From positions 76,643 through 140,642 of the forward strand of contig CAZVQU010000002.1 of assembly GCA_964629655.1 (NCBI GenBank): a stretch of 64,000 nucleotides of DNA, in the 5' to 3' direction. Source of the stretch: an uncultured Planctomycetia bacterium (GTDB taxonomy: Bacteria > Omnitrophota > Gorgyraeia > Duberdicusellales > 4484-171). The notes below the pieces were generated by a model, which saw nothing but the letters and a program-made list of their open reading frames with translations, ran no database searches and was not told the origin of the DNA. Of this stretch, positions 38,965-48,779 are shown piece by piece; the stretch's first letter is position 1, and each line of letters begins with the position of its first letter. Both the position numbers and the translations under genes were made by a program.

Positions 38965-39580
38965 CAAAGAAGTAACTGATAAGGCTGGGATCAATGTCTT
39001 CTCGCTGGCTGATAGATTAGCTCATTTTGGAGTTGATATTTTTCAACTTAGAGCGAAAGGAATCTCTGATAAAGAATACTTGTCTATAGCTATAAAACTC
39101 TCGAAAATTATTCGAAGGAGAAAAAAATTATTTATTGTAAATGACCGAGCCGACATTGCTCACCTTTCAAGAGCTTCCGGGCTTCATTTAGGAGAGACTG
39201 ACATCTCCCTTAGCCAGGCTAGGAAAATCGTAGGAAAACAGGCAATTATCGGCAAGACTGTCCATTCTTTGGAAGAATTAAAGAGACTTAATGATCAGAA
39301 ACGCAAGCAAGGGGGAAGGATAGATTACACCAGCTTCGGACCAGTATTTAGGACAAAGACAAAACCTAACCTAAAACCTTTGACTTCTAAAAAATTAAAG
39401 GCTTTAATCGCCGAAGGTGGAAAACTAATGTTTGCTATCGGCGGAATAACTCAGTATAATATAGAATCTTTGCTGGAATCCGGCATAAAAAATATTGCAA
39501 TTTGCCGGGGAATCATCCTGGCAAAAAATCTAAAAACATGTGTTAAAGAGTATAAAAAATGTTTAAAGAAAGCTTCTTAA
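38903..39580 (+). CDS. thiE: Thiamine-phosphate synthase
   Basis: LYVILD, HLGETD and FAIGGIT motifs. Alternative GTG start at 38876. Confidence 0.75.
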   Translation: MKSMNLKRKSSKNGLLYVILDKEVTDKAGINVFSLADRLAHFGVDIFQLRAKGISDKEYLSIAIKLSKIIRRRKKLFIVNDRADIAHLSRASGLHLGETDISLSQARKIVGKQAIIGKTVHSLEELKRLNDQKRKQGGRIDYTSFGPVFRTKTKPNLKPLTSKKLKALIAEGGKLMFAIGGITQYNIESLLESGIKNIAICRGIILAKNLKTCVKEYKKCLKKAS

Positions 39581-40812
39581 AAACTCTGGCCAAAAAGGAA
39601 GCTGTTTCGGCAGCTTTCCTAAAAAAACAATTGCGCGAAGGAAGAATAGTCATCCCTTTAAATAAAAAACGAAAGATATCGAAACCCTGTGCTGTCGGCG
39701 AGGGCTTAAAAGTAAAGATTAATACTAACATTGGGCTATCTACCTCGGTCATTAACATCCAAAATGAAGTAAAAAAAGTAGAGTGTGCGATCAAGCACGG
39801 AACTGATACTATTATGGATTTAAGTGTCAGTGATAACTTAGCGGTGTTGAGAAAGCAACTACTTAAGAAGTCTTCGGTCCCTCTGGGCACGGTTCCAATG
39901 TATGAGATAGCCTTAGAAGCAAAGAGGAGACGGGGGAGAATCGAAGACATCAACTTTGATGATATTTGGGATGTATTGAAGATGCAAGCTGAGGATGGAG
40001 TAGACTTCTTTACTATCCATGCCGGAATCCTGAAAAAAAATATCAGTATGTTAAAGCGTAAGAAACGGGTTGGCGGAGTTGTCAGCAGAGGCGGGGCCTT
40101 GCTTACCTACTGGATGTCGATTAATAAACAAGAAAATCCTTTTTACAAAAATTTTGATAAGATTCTACAACTAGCTAAGGCCTACAATATTACCTTGAGC
40201 TTAGGTGATGCTCTCAGGCCCGGTGCAATATCTGATTCAACTGACGCTTTGCAAATCTCAGAATTAAGAACCTTAGGCCAACTAGCCAAACGATGTCGGG
40301 AAAAAGGAGTACAGGTAATGATCGAGGGACCTGGCCATATTCGTTTAGACGAAATCGCCATGAACATGATGCTTGAGAAGAAAATTTGTTCAAATAGCCC
40401 TTTCTATGTCTTAGGACCTTTGCCAACTGATATCGCTGCTGGTTATGACCATATCACCTCAGCTATTGGCGGAGCAATTGCTGCACTACACGGAGCAGAC
40501 TTCCTATGCGTCGTCACTCCGGCAGAGCATCTACGCCACCCGACTGTCGATGACATTCGAAAGGGAGTCATTGCTTCAAAAATTGCTGCCCATTCAGTTG
40601 ACGTTTTACGGTTTAAGGACGAATGGGAAAAAGATCGCAAATTATCTCTCTGGCGAGCTAGAAGAAAGTGGGATAAGATCATGCCCTTGGTAGTTGATAA
40701 GGATAAAGCTAAGGAATACCGAAAGAAATCAAAGCCTTCAGAGGATATCTGTGCGATGTGCGGAAATTTCTGCTCTTTAAAGATAATTGAAGAGTGTAAA
40801 CTCTTAAAATAA
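39559..40812 (+). CDS. thiC: Phosphomethylpyrimidine synthase
   Basis: KINTNIG and C-terminal CAMCGNFCSLK. Confidence 0.9.
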   Translation: MFKESFLKTLAKKEAVSAAFLKKQLREGRIVIPLNKKRKISKPCAVGEGLKVKINTNIGLSTSVINIQNEVKKVECAIKHGTDTIMDLSVSDNLAVLRKQLLKKSSVPLGTVPMYEIALEAKRRRGRIEDINFDDIWDVLKMQAEDGVDFFTIHAGILKKNISMLKRKKRVGGVVSRGGALLTYWMSINKQENPFYKNFDKILQLAKAYNITLSLGDALRPGAISDSTDALQISELRTLGQLAKRCREKGVQVMIEGPGHIRLDEIAMNMMLEKKICSNSPFYVLGPLPTDIAAGYDHITSAIGGAIAALHGADFLCVVTPAEHLRHPTVDDIRKGVIASKIAAHSVDVLRFKDEWEKDRKLSLWRARRKWDKIMPLVVDKDKAKEYRKKSKPSEDICAMCGNFCSLKIIEECKLLK

Positions 40813-40839
40813 TCTTTTAGATATTGAAGTGGTGAGTGT

Positions 40840-40913
40840 GCGGGCGTGGTTCAATGGCAGAATATGACCTTCCCAAGGTCGAGACGGCGGTTCGATTCCG
40901 CTCGCCCGCTCCA
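40840..40913 (+). tRNA. tRNA-Gly (anticodon CCC)
   Basis: GCGGGCG acceptor stem, anticodon loop TTCCCAA, TTCGATT T-loop. CCA is encoded. Confidence 0.85.
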
Positions 40914-41022
40914 TATTTTTTGTAGTTCTTTTATATTGAACTATTTTTGTTTTAAGGTAATATATAGCTTCCGGAAGTTATTTAGAAAACTCTTAATAAA
41001 ACTTTTCAGCTAGTCTTTAATA

Positions 41023-41655
41023 ATGCTTAGGCTAACGTTTTTATCTACAATTATATTTTTTCTTGCTTGCGCTCCGTCTAGAATTCCCAAGAGAAGATCC
41101 CACCTTCTGCCATCTAAACATAGTGGCATTCAGTACTCGATAAAAAAAGGCGACTCTCTCTGGAAAATATCAAAGCAACACAATGTTAGTGTCGAGAGGT
41201 TAATGCGAGAAAATAACATATCTTCCCCCTACAATCTACAGGTAGGAGAAAAAATATTTATACCCCGCTATCAGTTAAAAACTAGCAAGGGCTTCCTTTG
41301 GCCGATAAAAGGGGATATCGTTAATTACTTTAATGAAAACGTCGACAGCTCTCTAAACAGAGGAGTAAATATTCAAGCAACCTCTGAGAACAGAGAAGTT
41401 AAAGCTTCTACCCAGGGAAGAGTGGCATTTTCTAACCCCCTTAAAGGCTGGGGTAAGACTATTATATTAAAGCATGATTCAAATCTCTATACTGTCTATG
41501 CAAATCTCGACGAAACGTCAGTTATGCAAGGAAACAATGTTAGTGCGGGTGAGGCTCTCGGCACGGTTGCCTCAGGAAAAAATGGAAGCTATGTGCTTCA
41601 CTTTGAAGTAAGAAAAAGGAATATTCCCCAAGACCCTTTGAAATACCTTAACTAA
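41023..41655 (+). CDS. LysM-domain M23 peptidase (NlpD-like)
   Basis: LysM (YSIKKGDSLWKISKQHNVS) plus an M23 core (HFEVRK). Confidence 0.75.
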   Translation: MLRLTFLSTIIFFLACAPSRIPKRRSHLLPSKHSGIQYSIKKGDSLWKISKQHNVSVERLMRENNISSPYNLQVGEKIFIPRYQLKTSKGFLWPIKGDIVNYFNENVDSSLNRGVNIQATSENREVKASTQGRVAFSNPLKGWGKTIILKHDSNLYTVYANLDETSVMQGNNVSAGEALGTVASGKNGSYVLHFEVRKRNIPQDPLKYLN

Positions 41656-41656
41656 A

Positions 41657-43234
41657 ATGAGCAGCGAACCTTGGATGGTTAAACTTTCAGCCTTAGACAA
41701 AAGAGTAAAAGCTTTTACTCTCGGCTATCGCCAAAACATCGCCCTCCTGGGAGGAGATAAGGAAGAAATATCTTATCTTTTGAGTAACTATCTTCAACGA
41801 AATAAATCTGATGAGCTTACCTATCTTTATGCTAGTTCGGCTTATGCCGGAAAAAAAGAATTCTTCAAAGCCATAGCTTTTTCTTTGCTTAGCGACTATA
41901 CCCGCAAAAGCGAAAGTCTTGACAACCTGATAAACTACGCCAGCCCTGTTCTTGTATCGACTACAAATTTCATTAAAGATTGCTTAAAGAAAGATAATCT
42001 CAGTTTTCTAGACGTTCTTGAAACTATAAATAAGTTTATTAATGAGAGCAACCGCAATTGTGTATTGATTATCGAAGAATTCCTAAATCTTGCTGAAATG
42101 TTTAAAGACTTTTACCAAGATTTCTCAAAATTCATTATAATTCAAAGAAATTGCATGATTGTTTTAACCACCTCAAATTCCCGTGATGCCGAAAAAGTCC
42201 TTTCCGGAGAACTAAATCTACTCTTTGGTAATTTCGAAAAAGTTTTCTTGGGCGAAAATGTCTCTTTGGCTAATTACTTTTACTTCAAAAACCTCCTCCA
42301 GCCTTTATCACCATCACCGTTATTTCTATCCTTTTTTGTTAATATGCTTGGTGCAAATATTGTTTACTATGATTTAATGGCAGGGGTCATAAAGGAAAAT
42401 TATCAAAGCGAGGACGAAGAAACTTCGTTAGCAACAATAGTTGAAAAAACTCTTTACTCAAGAGAGACTTATCTCTTCCAGAAATTCATTAAAAAAATTG
42501 ACCTGATAAAATTTTACTTTAAAGATTCAATCCTGACTCTGAAATTGTTGTTTGCCCTAAGCCAGGGCTACTTACGAAAAGGAGAGCTAGTCTCTTTGGG
42601 CATCTATAATTCCAAAGATCTAAATAGCCGGTTGCAAAAACTTCTTGATTTAAATTATATCGAAAGCTTAGGAAATATTTATAAAATCAGAGACTCTTTA
42701 TTTTCGTTCTGGTTAACCTCCGTCTTTAAGCTGTACTTCTCACCTCCTGTCCTTAACCCACAGCAGAAACAGGCCTTGCTTAAAAAAGGTCTGGGGGAGA
42801 AACTCACACTCTTTAAAGAAGAGTTCGCCAAGGATAAGCTGAAGAAGGTTATGCAACTGTTTTCTTCATTCAAAAACGACAGTTTATGCTTGGGAAAAAA
42901 TAGGTATCAACTTCCTGCAGTGGAGAATGCTAAAGTAATCTCCTATCCTACCCGGGATTTTCATCTGCTTATCGGGGAAGGCAAGGAAATTGTTTTTGCC
43001 GGGATCAAGGAAAGGGATGTTGAAGATAATGATATCTTTGATTTTATTGAAAAAGGTAGTAATATAAAAGGGAAGAAGGTTAAAAAAATATTTGTATCTT
43101 TGGATAGCTTACCGCCAACAGCAAGATTAATTGCTAAAAACAATAAGCTTACTATTTGGGATATAAACGAGGTTAATCGTCTCTTAACTGTATATAATAA
43201 ACCCATTGTTTCCTCGGAAATAGGCGTTGAATAA
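41657..43234 (+). CDS. Archaeal-ATPase/DUF234-like protein with degenerate P-loop
   Basis: Overall AAA-like layout and DUF234-like RDSLFSFWLTSVF. Walker A is replaced by LLGGDKEE. Confidence 0.35.
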   Translation: MSSEPWMVKLSALDKRVKAFTLGYRQNIALLGGDKEEISYLLSNYLQRNKSDELTYLYASSAYAGKKEFFKAIAFSLLSDYTRKSESLDNLINYASPVLVSTTNFIKDCLKKDNLSFLDVLETINKFINESNRNCVLIIEEFLNLAEMFKDFYQDFSKFIIIQRNCMIVLTTSNSRDAEKVLSGELNLLFGNFEKVFLGENVSLANYFYFKNLLQPLSPSPLFLSFFVNMLGANIVYYDLMAGVIKENYQSEDEETSLATIVEKTLYSRETYLFQKFIKKIDLIKFYFKDSILTLKLLFALSQGYLRKGELVSLGIYNSKDLNSRLQKLLDLNYIESLGNIYKIRDSLFSFWLTSVFKLYFSPPVLNPQQKQALLKKGLGEKLTLFKEEFAKDKLKKVMQLFSSFKNDSLCLGKNRYQLPAVENAKVISYPTRDFHLLIGEGKEIVFAGIKERDVEDNDIFDFIEKGSNIKGKKVKKIFVSLDSLPPTARLIAKNNKLTIWDINEVNRLLTVYNKPIVSSEIGVE

Positions 43235-43239
43235 GAATA

Positions 43240-43737
43240 ATGAGAATTTTAGTACTTTCTGATACTCACATACCAGTAACCGCACCTAAGTTACCTGATA
43301 TAATAGAAGCGGAAGCCAAAGCCAGTGATTGCTGCCTTCACTGCGGAGATTATATTGTTTACCCGGTCTATGAAACCCTAAGCCAGTGGACTAAAATCTA
43401 CGGTGTTTGCGGAAACATGGATGGAGAAGTCATCAAAACAAAACTACCTGAAAAGCAAATCCTGAAATTTGAGGGAATTACCTTAGCCCTTACTCACGGC
43501 GGAGGACATCCCAAGAAAATACTCGAACATGTAAATAAAGAATTTGTTTGTGAGGCTAAAGATATTGACATTTTTGTCTTTGGCCACTCCCACACACCTC
43601 TTAATGAAGAAATTGGTCAAAAGATTTACTTTAATCCTGGCTCACCCACAGATACAATGTTTACTCCTTACCGTTCTTATGGTATCCTAGAAATAAGCGG
43701 TAAAGAGATTAAAAGGAGGATCGTAAAAATTGGATAG
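43240..43737 (+). CDS. Metallophosphoesterase (YfcE/MJ0936 family)
   Basis: ILVLSDTH, GNMD and GHSHTP motifs. Confidence 0.8.
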   Translation: MRILVLSDTHIPVTAPKLPDIIEAEAKASDCCLHCGDYIVYPVYETLSQWTKIYGVCGNMDGEVIKTKLPEKQILKFEGITLALTHGGGHPKKILEHVNKEFVCEAKDIDIFVFGHSHTPLNEEIGQKIYFNPGSPTDTMFTPYRSYGILEISGKEIKRRIVKIG

Positions 43738-44203
43738 ACTTTGGGCTCCCTGGAGAATAAAGTATGTCAGTAGAAAAAAACAGAGGGGCTGCGTATTCTG
43801 TAAGGCTCTTAAAGAAAGGAAAGACAAAAAAAATTTTATTGTTCTACGTTCTAAGCATTGCTTTGCAATTTTAAACACTTACCCTTACAACAACGGCCAT
43901 GTGATGATCGTTCCTAAAAGGCATGTTAAGTCATTAGAAGCTCTGACGGCTGCTGAATTACTAGACATGAACAAAGTTCTTATTAAAATTAAATCTACAT
44001 TAAAAATAATCCTTAATCCCGGAGGTTTTAATATTGGCATGAACGTCGGTAAGGTTGCCGGAGCCGGAATCGCTAACCACATCCATACTCATATTGTTCC
44101 CCGTTGGCTAGGGGATATTAATTGTATGCCGATTATCGCTAATACCAAGGTAGTCTCGCAGAGCTTGGAAGAATTATATATAAAGCTAAAGAAAAATCTT
44201 TAA
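43730..44203 (+). CDS. HIT-family hydrolase
   Basis: Histidine triad HIHTHIV. Confidence 0.8.
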   Translation: MDRLWAPWRIKYVSRKKQRGCVFCKALKERKDKKNFIVLRSKHCFAILNTYPYNNGHVMIVPKRHVKSLEALTAAELLDMNKVLIKIKSTLKIILNPGGFNIGMNVGKVAGAGIANHIHTHIVPRWLGDINCMPIIANTKVVSQSLEELYIKLKKNL

Positions 44204-44223
44204 TCTTGATTTGATATTGCAGC

Positions 44224-45261
44224 ATGACTTATAAAACTGTATTTTCATCATTCCATACTATATACCGTCTTGCTACTACCTCTGGTGATCTAACCAGCTT
44301 TACTGTTGGGGCATGCCGGCTATTTCGAAGTCTACTTAAAGCCAGCAAAGTAGTCATGATCTGCACTAACGGTACACCTCAGACCTTTCTTAAAATTCGC
44401 CTAGAGAATAAAAAACAATTTGTAAAAAAAGGCGGTAAATCTATTCTTACTCGTATCGAAAAAGAAATCCTCAAGCAAGAGAAGGAGATGTCTTTTGGCC
44501 GCAGGCTTATCTACCCGTTTATCTTTAACGAGACTTTGGGTGCAATTTACGTAAAGAGAGACTCATCCCTAAAACTATACAACGAAGCTGAAAGAATGTG
44601 GTTTTCATCCCTTTGCGAGGAGATAAGCGTTGGTTTGAAGGTTATAAATCTCTACCGGGAACAACAAAAACTAATGCTAAACTATGTGAATTCTCTAACT
44701 AAATTCTTAAACCAATACGTGCCAACATCCTATCTACATACAAAGACTATGCTCCGATTGATTAAAGCTACCGGTAAAGCCATGCGTTTGTCCGAAATTG
44801 AAACTAAAGCTCTGATAAATGCCTCACTTCTCCATGATGCCGGGAAAATGCAGGTTCCTTCCAAGCTCCTCAAAAAGCAAAAACCCCTTACTGATGAAGA
44901 ATTTAAATTAATGGCCAAGCACCCTCGAAAAGGGGTAGAGTTGATTAAAAACCTAGAGATATTAAAGCCCGCTATCCCAATAATCCTACATCACCACGAG
45001 AGATATGATGGCCAGGGCTACCCTTCAAAGCTTAAGAAGGATAAAATACCCTTGGGTTCACGTATTCTCTCAGTTTTAGACTCTTTTGATGCCATGTTTT
45101 TCGGCCGTCCATATCGAAAAGGAAGATCTTTGGAAGAAATCGAGCAAGAGCTTAAAAAGCAAAAAAGTAGGCAATTTGACCCTAAGATTGTTGATGTTTT
45201 CTTAAAGATTTTAAAGAGAAAAACTATCCGGGAACACCTAAAAATATCCCCCAAAAAGTAG
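44224..45261 (+). CDS. HD-GYP domain protein (c-di-GMP phosphodiesterase family) with N-terminal GAF-like region
   Basis: LLHDAGK ... HHERYDGQGYP. Confidence 0.75.
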   Translation: MTYKTVFSSFHTIYRLATTSGDLTSFTVGACRLFRSLLKASKVVMICTNGTPQTFLKIRLENKKQFVKKGGKSILTRIEKEILKQEKEMSFGRRLIYPFIFNETLGAIYVKRDSSLKLYNEAERMWFSSLCEEISVGLKVINLYREQQKLMLNYVNSLTKFLNQYVPTSYLHTKTMLRLIKATGKAMRLSEIETKALINASLLHDAGKMQVPSKLLKKQKPLTDEEFKLMAKHPRKGVELIKNLEILKPAIPIILHHHERYDGQGYPSKLKKDKIPLGSRILSVLDSFDAMFFGRPYRKGRSLEEIEQELKKQKSRQFDPKIVDVFLKILKRKTIREHLKISPKK

Positions 45262-45314
45262 GAATTTCACCCCAGAGCGCTTGATTTTTTCCAAAAATCC
45301 TTTATAATGTATCT

Positions 45315-45839
45315 ATGCGTGGGAAACAGCTTTATCTTTTTAGTCACCGCAAAGACAATGAAAAGGGTAGTTCTCGGCCAAAGGTCATCCTGCCTCTAGA
45401 CACCCTTATTTTACTGGGTGTAATTGCAATTCTCCTCTTTACCATGTCCTTTTCCATGGGGGTAGAAAAGGGTAAAAATATTGCCCGTGGAGTAATGGTA
45501 GCAAAGGAAAAGATAGCGATTCCGGCCCAAAACCAGGATACCGTAACAACTAAAAATACAAACATAAATAAGGATAGTGAAGATAATCAACGAACAAAAG
45601 AGGAAGTTGGAGAAGAACGAGAACGCTATCACGTGCAAGTAGCTAGTTTTAAAAAAGAAAATTCAGCCAGCAAAGAGATTGAAAGGCTGGAAAATAACGG
45701 CTATCCGGTAGTTGTAACGAAAAAAGGAGATTACGTAGTAATCTACGTTGGCGGCTTTGAAAATGAGAGAGAAGCCAGAAGCAATTTTAAAGACCTGAGG
45801 AAAAGGTACAAAGATTGCATCTTTAAAAATAGTTTGTAA
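45315..45839 (+). CDS. SPOR-domain membrane protein
   Basis: TM helix and a C-terminal SPOR domain (YHVQVASFKKENSASKEIERLE). Confidence 0.65.
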   Translation: MRGKQLYLFSHRKDNEKGSSRPKVILPLDTLILLGVIAILLFTMSFSMGVEKGKNIARGVMVAKEKIAIPAQNQDTVTTKNTNINKDSEDNQRTKEEVGEERERYHVQVASFKKENSASKEIERLENNGYPVVVTKKGDYVVIYVGGFENEREARSNFKDLRKRYKDCIFKNSL

Positions 45840-45849
45840 GGAGGTTACA

Positions 45850-46125
45850 ATGGGTTTGCATCCATCATTGAAGGGGGCAGAAAAATTAGGCGGCTCCCGC
45901 TCAGTAATGAAACGTACTGAAAGAATAAAGTGGTTAAAAGAGAAAGGAAAGTGGACTGAAGATGACCCGGTATTGGGTCTACCAAAGATAAAAATCGTAA
46001 AGCTAAAAGCATTGAAGAAAGAAAAGAAAGAGGCTGAAGAGGGCGCTGTTGAGGGAGAAGGACAAGTTCAGGACAAAGAACAAACACAGAAGCCCGTAGA
46101 AGACAAGAAAAAACCTACTAAATAA
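45850..46125 (+). CDS. Small Lys/Glu-rich hypothetical protein
   Basis: Strong AAGGAGG RBS. 91 aa. Confidence 0.45.
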   Translation: MGLHPSLKGAEKLGGSRSVMKRTERIKWLKEKGKWTEDDPVLGLPKIKIVKLKALKKEKKEAEEGAVEGEGQVQDKEQTQKPVEDKKKPTK

Positions 46126-46160
46126 AAGATAGAACCTCGATTTGATCAAGGCAAATAATA

Positions 46161-46772
46161 ATGCCAATTCTTATTCTCATTCTTCTTGTATCGATAACTT
46201 TCCATGAATATGCCCACGGATTGATGGCCTCTAAGTTAGGGGATCCCACTCCTAAGCAATCGGGCCGGCTAAGTTTAAACCCCCTTGTCCATATTGACCT
46301 CTTTGGAACGATTATCCTTCCGATTGTTCTTTTGATTCTATCAACCCGGCTTATCGGCCAGCCTTTTGCTATCGGATACGCTAAGCCGGTTCCAATAAAT
46401 CCTTATCATTTCAAAAATCCAAAGAAAGATACTGCTTTAGTAGGGCTAGCCGGACCATTAATGAACATTTTAATCGCCGTAGCCCTATCGCTATTAATTA
46501 GAGTAAGATTTCCTCTATTTATTGAAGCGATCGTCTTGGGAATAATGATAAATCTAATCTTGGCAATATTTAATCTTACTCCAATACCGCCTTTAGACGG
46601 CTCTAAGCTATTACTTCCTTTTCTACCTAAAAAAACTGCTCGTAATTACCTTAAGCTCGAGCCTTATGGCTTTTTTATTATAGCCCTGCTTCTTATGAGT
46701 GGTTTCTTTAAATGGTTTATCTTCCCCTTAGTGACTCTAATATTAGTTAATCTCTTGGGAATAAGTATATAG
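46161..46772 (+). CDS. Site-2 protease family (M50) zinc metalloprotease
   Basis: HEYAHG HExxH motif in TM1. ~6 TM helices. Confidence 0.7.
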   Translation: MPILILILLVSITFHEYAHGLMASKLGDPTPKQSGRLSLNPLVHIDLFGTIILPIVLLILSTRLIGQPFAIGYAKPVPINPYHFKNPKKDTALVGLAGPLMNILIAVALSLLIRVRFPLFIEAIVLGIMINLILAIFNLTPIPPLDGSKLLLPFLPKKTARNYLKLEPYGFFIIALLLMSGFFKWFIFPLVTLILVNLLGISI

Positions 46773-46782
46773 AGGGAAAAAA

Positions 46783-47868
46783 GTGAAAACGATAAGTGTT
46801 AAATTAAAAAAGAATCCTTACAAAATCCGCATTGGCTATAGACTTCTGAAAGAGGTTCCCAAATACATAAAAAGCCTTAAACTTGGCAATTTCGGCTTAG
46901 TTATTACCTCTCCGAAGATCCTCTCGCTCCACGGAAAGGGGATCAGAAGGGCTTTTGGTAGCAAAAACTATAAGATAACTACGGTTATCGACGGCGAAAA
47001 GGCTAAATCCAAAAAGTGGCTAAACAAAGTAATAAGCGAGGTAGTAAAGGCCGACGCCTTAAACCGAAAAATATTTATTATATGCCTTGGCGGAGGCACT
47101 ATCGGTGATTTAGGGGGTTTTGTAGCCTCGATCTACAAGCGCGGCATACCCTACATCCAGATTCCGACCACACTCCTGGGACAAATCGACTCTAGTATCG
47201 GCGGTAAAACTGCGATTGACCTAAAAGAGGCAAAAAATATCCTCGGCGCCTTTTACCAGCCTAAGGCTGTATTTATTGATCCCGGGTTCTTAAAAACCCT
47301 CTCAGTGAGAGAGATGAGACAAGGTTTAGCTGAAGCGATAAAGTATGGGGTAATAAAAGATAAAGAATTCTTTGATTTTCTCAAAAAAAATCATAAGAAA
47401 ATCTTAAAACTCGACTCAATCTGCATCTTAAAGTTGATTTCAGTCTGCACAGGCATAAAAGCAAAGATAGTAGCTGCAGATGAGCGAGAAAAAAGGGGAT
47501 TGCGGACAATTCTTAACTTTGGACACACTCTTGCTCATGCTTTAGAAAGTTCTCTGCAATATAAGCGGTTATCTCACGGAGAAGCAGTTTCTTTGGGAAT
47601 GCTTTACGCAGCTCACCTTTCAAAAGTTCTCAAAAAATGCTCTGAGGAAGAAGTTAACCAGATAGAGGAAATCCTCAAGCTGTTTTTCCTTCCAATCAAG
47701 GTAAAGTTTAGAGTTCTAACTCTTTATAAGTCATTGACTTATGACAAGAAGTTTGTTTCAGGAAAAATCCGAATGGTAATCTTACGAAAAATCGGAAGAG
47801 TAGAGGTAGTTGAAGGAATTTCTCCCCAAAATATCAAAAGAACCCTTAAACTTTTCGCCTCACGTTGA
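46783..47868 (+). CDS. aroB: 3-dehydroquinate synthase
   Basis: LGGGTIGDLGGFVAS and a metal-binding His cluster. Confidence 0.85.
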   Translation: MKTISVKLKKNPYKIRIGYRLLKEVPKYIKSLKLGNFGLVITSPKILSLHGKGIRRAFGSKNYKITTVIDGEKAKSKKWLNKVISEVVKADALNRKIFIICLGGGTIGDLGGFVASIYKRGIPYIQIPTTLLGQIDSSIGGKTAIDLKEAKNILGAFYQPKAVFIDPGFLKTLSVREMRQGLAEAIKYGVIKDKEFFDFLKKNHKKILKLDSICILKLISVCTGIKAKIVAADEREKRGLRTILNFGHTLAHALESSLQYKRLSHGEAVSLGMLYAAHLSKVLKKCSEEEVNQIEEILKLFFLPIKVKFRVLTLYKSLTYDKKFVSGKIRMVILRKIGRVEVVEGISPQNIKRTLKLFASR

Positions 47869-47929
47869 CAAAGACATATATATATGTTATATTCTAATGT
47901 ACCGTCCGAATGTAAACGTTTTAAAAAAT

Positions 47930-48259
47930 ATGAGTGATAAGAGAAAATTTCCTAGAGTAGATGTTTCGTTTCCGATTGAATACAAGCCACTTCCGGCCCG
48001 AAATTATTTTTACACTGTAAGTAAAGATTTAAGTCTTGGCGGAGTAAAGATTGTAAGCAATTATTTTCTGCCTAAAAACGATACCGTGAAGGTAAACGTA
48101 AACCTTATTGACAGCATACTGGGCCTGAAGGCAAAAGTAGCTTGGTGCAACAAGGAAAGGCTATCAGAAAGGTATTCTACCGGACTAGAATTCGTAGAAA
48201 CTACCGAGAGTTCCAAAAAGCGTTTATTCCAATTTCTAAACCGAATATTCAACGTCTAA
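47930..48259 (+). CDS. PilZ-domain protein
   Basis: RKFPRV plus a downstream D/S...G c-di-GMP motif. The ORF track starts earlier, at 47810. Confidence 0.6.
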   Translation: MSDKRKFPRVDVSFPIEYKPLPARNYFYTVSKDLSLGGVKIVSNYFLPKNDTVKVNVNLIDSILGLKAKVAWCNKERLSERYSTGLEFVETTESSKKRLFQFLNRIFNV

Positions 48260-48260
48260 A

Positions 48261-48410
48261 ATGGCAAAAGCAGAAGAAAAAAGAAAAAATTGTCTTAGTT
48301 GCAATAAATCCTTAAGAAGGGTAGATTGGTATTACCGGAACAACGGTTATTACTGCAACAAGTCTTGCTTCAAAACCCACCTGGCAAAAAAAGAATCTGC
48401 GCAAAGTTAA
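48261..48410 (+). CDS. 49-aa C4 zinc-ribbon protein
   Basis: MAKAEEKRKNCLSCNK...YYCNKSCF. Its TAA overlaps the ATG of the next PilZ gene (TAATG). Not in the ORF track (<60 aa). Confidence 0.45.
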   Translation: MAKAEEKRKNCLSCNKSLRRVDWYYRNNGYYCNKSCFKTHLAKKESAQS

Positions 48411-48763
48411 TGAAAGAAAAACGACAATGCCCCCGCGTAGAGAAAATCCTGCCAATAAAGTTATCGGTCAGTGATTTTGACGTCCTTACTGAAACCAATA
48501 ATATTAGCGCCAGCGGAGCCTATTTTCCAGTAGACAAACCGCTAGAGTTAATGAGCAAGCTAAATGTTGTTCTTCTGATTCCGCTTAAGAGGAATCGGGG
48601 TAAGACCATAGAGAAAATTAACTGTGTCGGAGTTATTGTCCGTTGTGAAATCTCTGCAGAGAGCACAAAGCACCCTTATCGGGCAGCAATGTATTTTAGC
48701 GATTTAAGTGACCGTGACCGAAAAATACTTCGTACCTTTGTAAATCCTTTTCTAAAATCGTAA
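48410..48763 (+). CDS. PilZ-domain protein
   Basis: RQCPRV and ISASGAYF. Confidence 0.6.
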   Translation: MKEKRQCPRVEKILPIKLSVSDFDVLTETNNISASGAYFPVDKPLELMSKLNVVLLIPLKRNRGKTIEKINCVGVIVRCEISAESTKHPYRAAMYFSDLSDRDRKILRTFVNPFLKS

Positions 48764-48779
48764 TTAAGTCTTCTTTAAC

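Noticed and set aside
40914-41022. T-run after tRNA-Gly and a 10-bp palindrome cttccggaag, considered as a terminator or operator
   Set aside because: There is no convincing hairpin preceding the T-run, and the palindrome is short enough to occur by chance.
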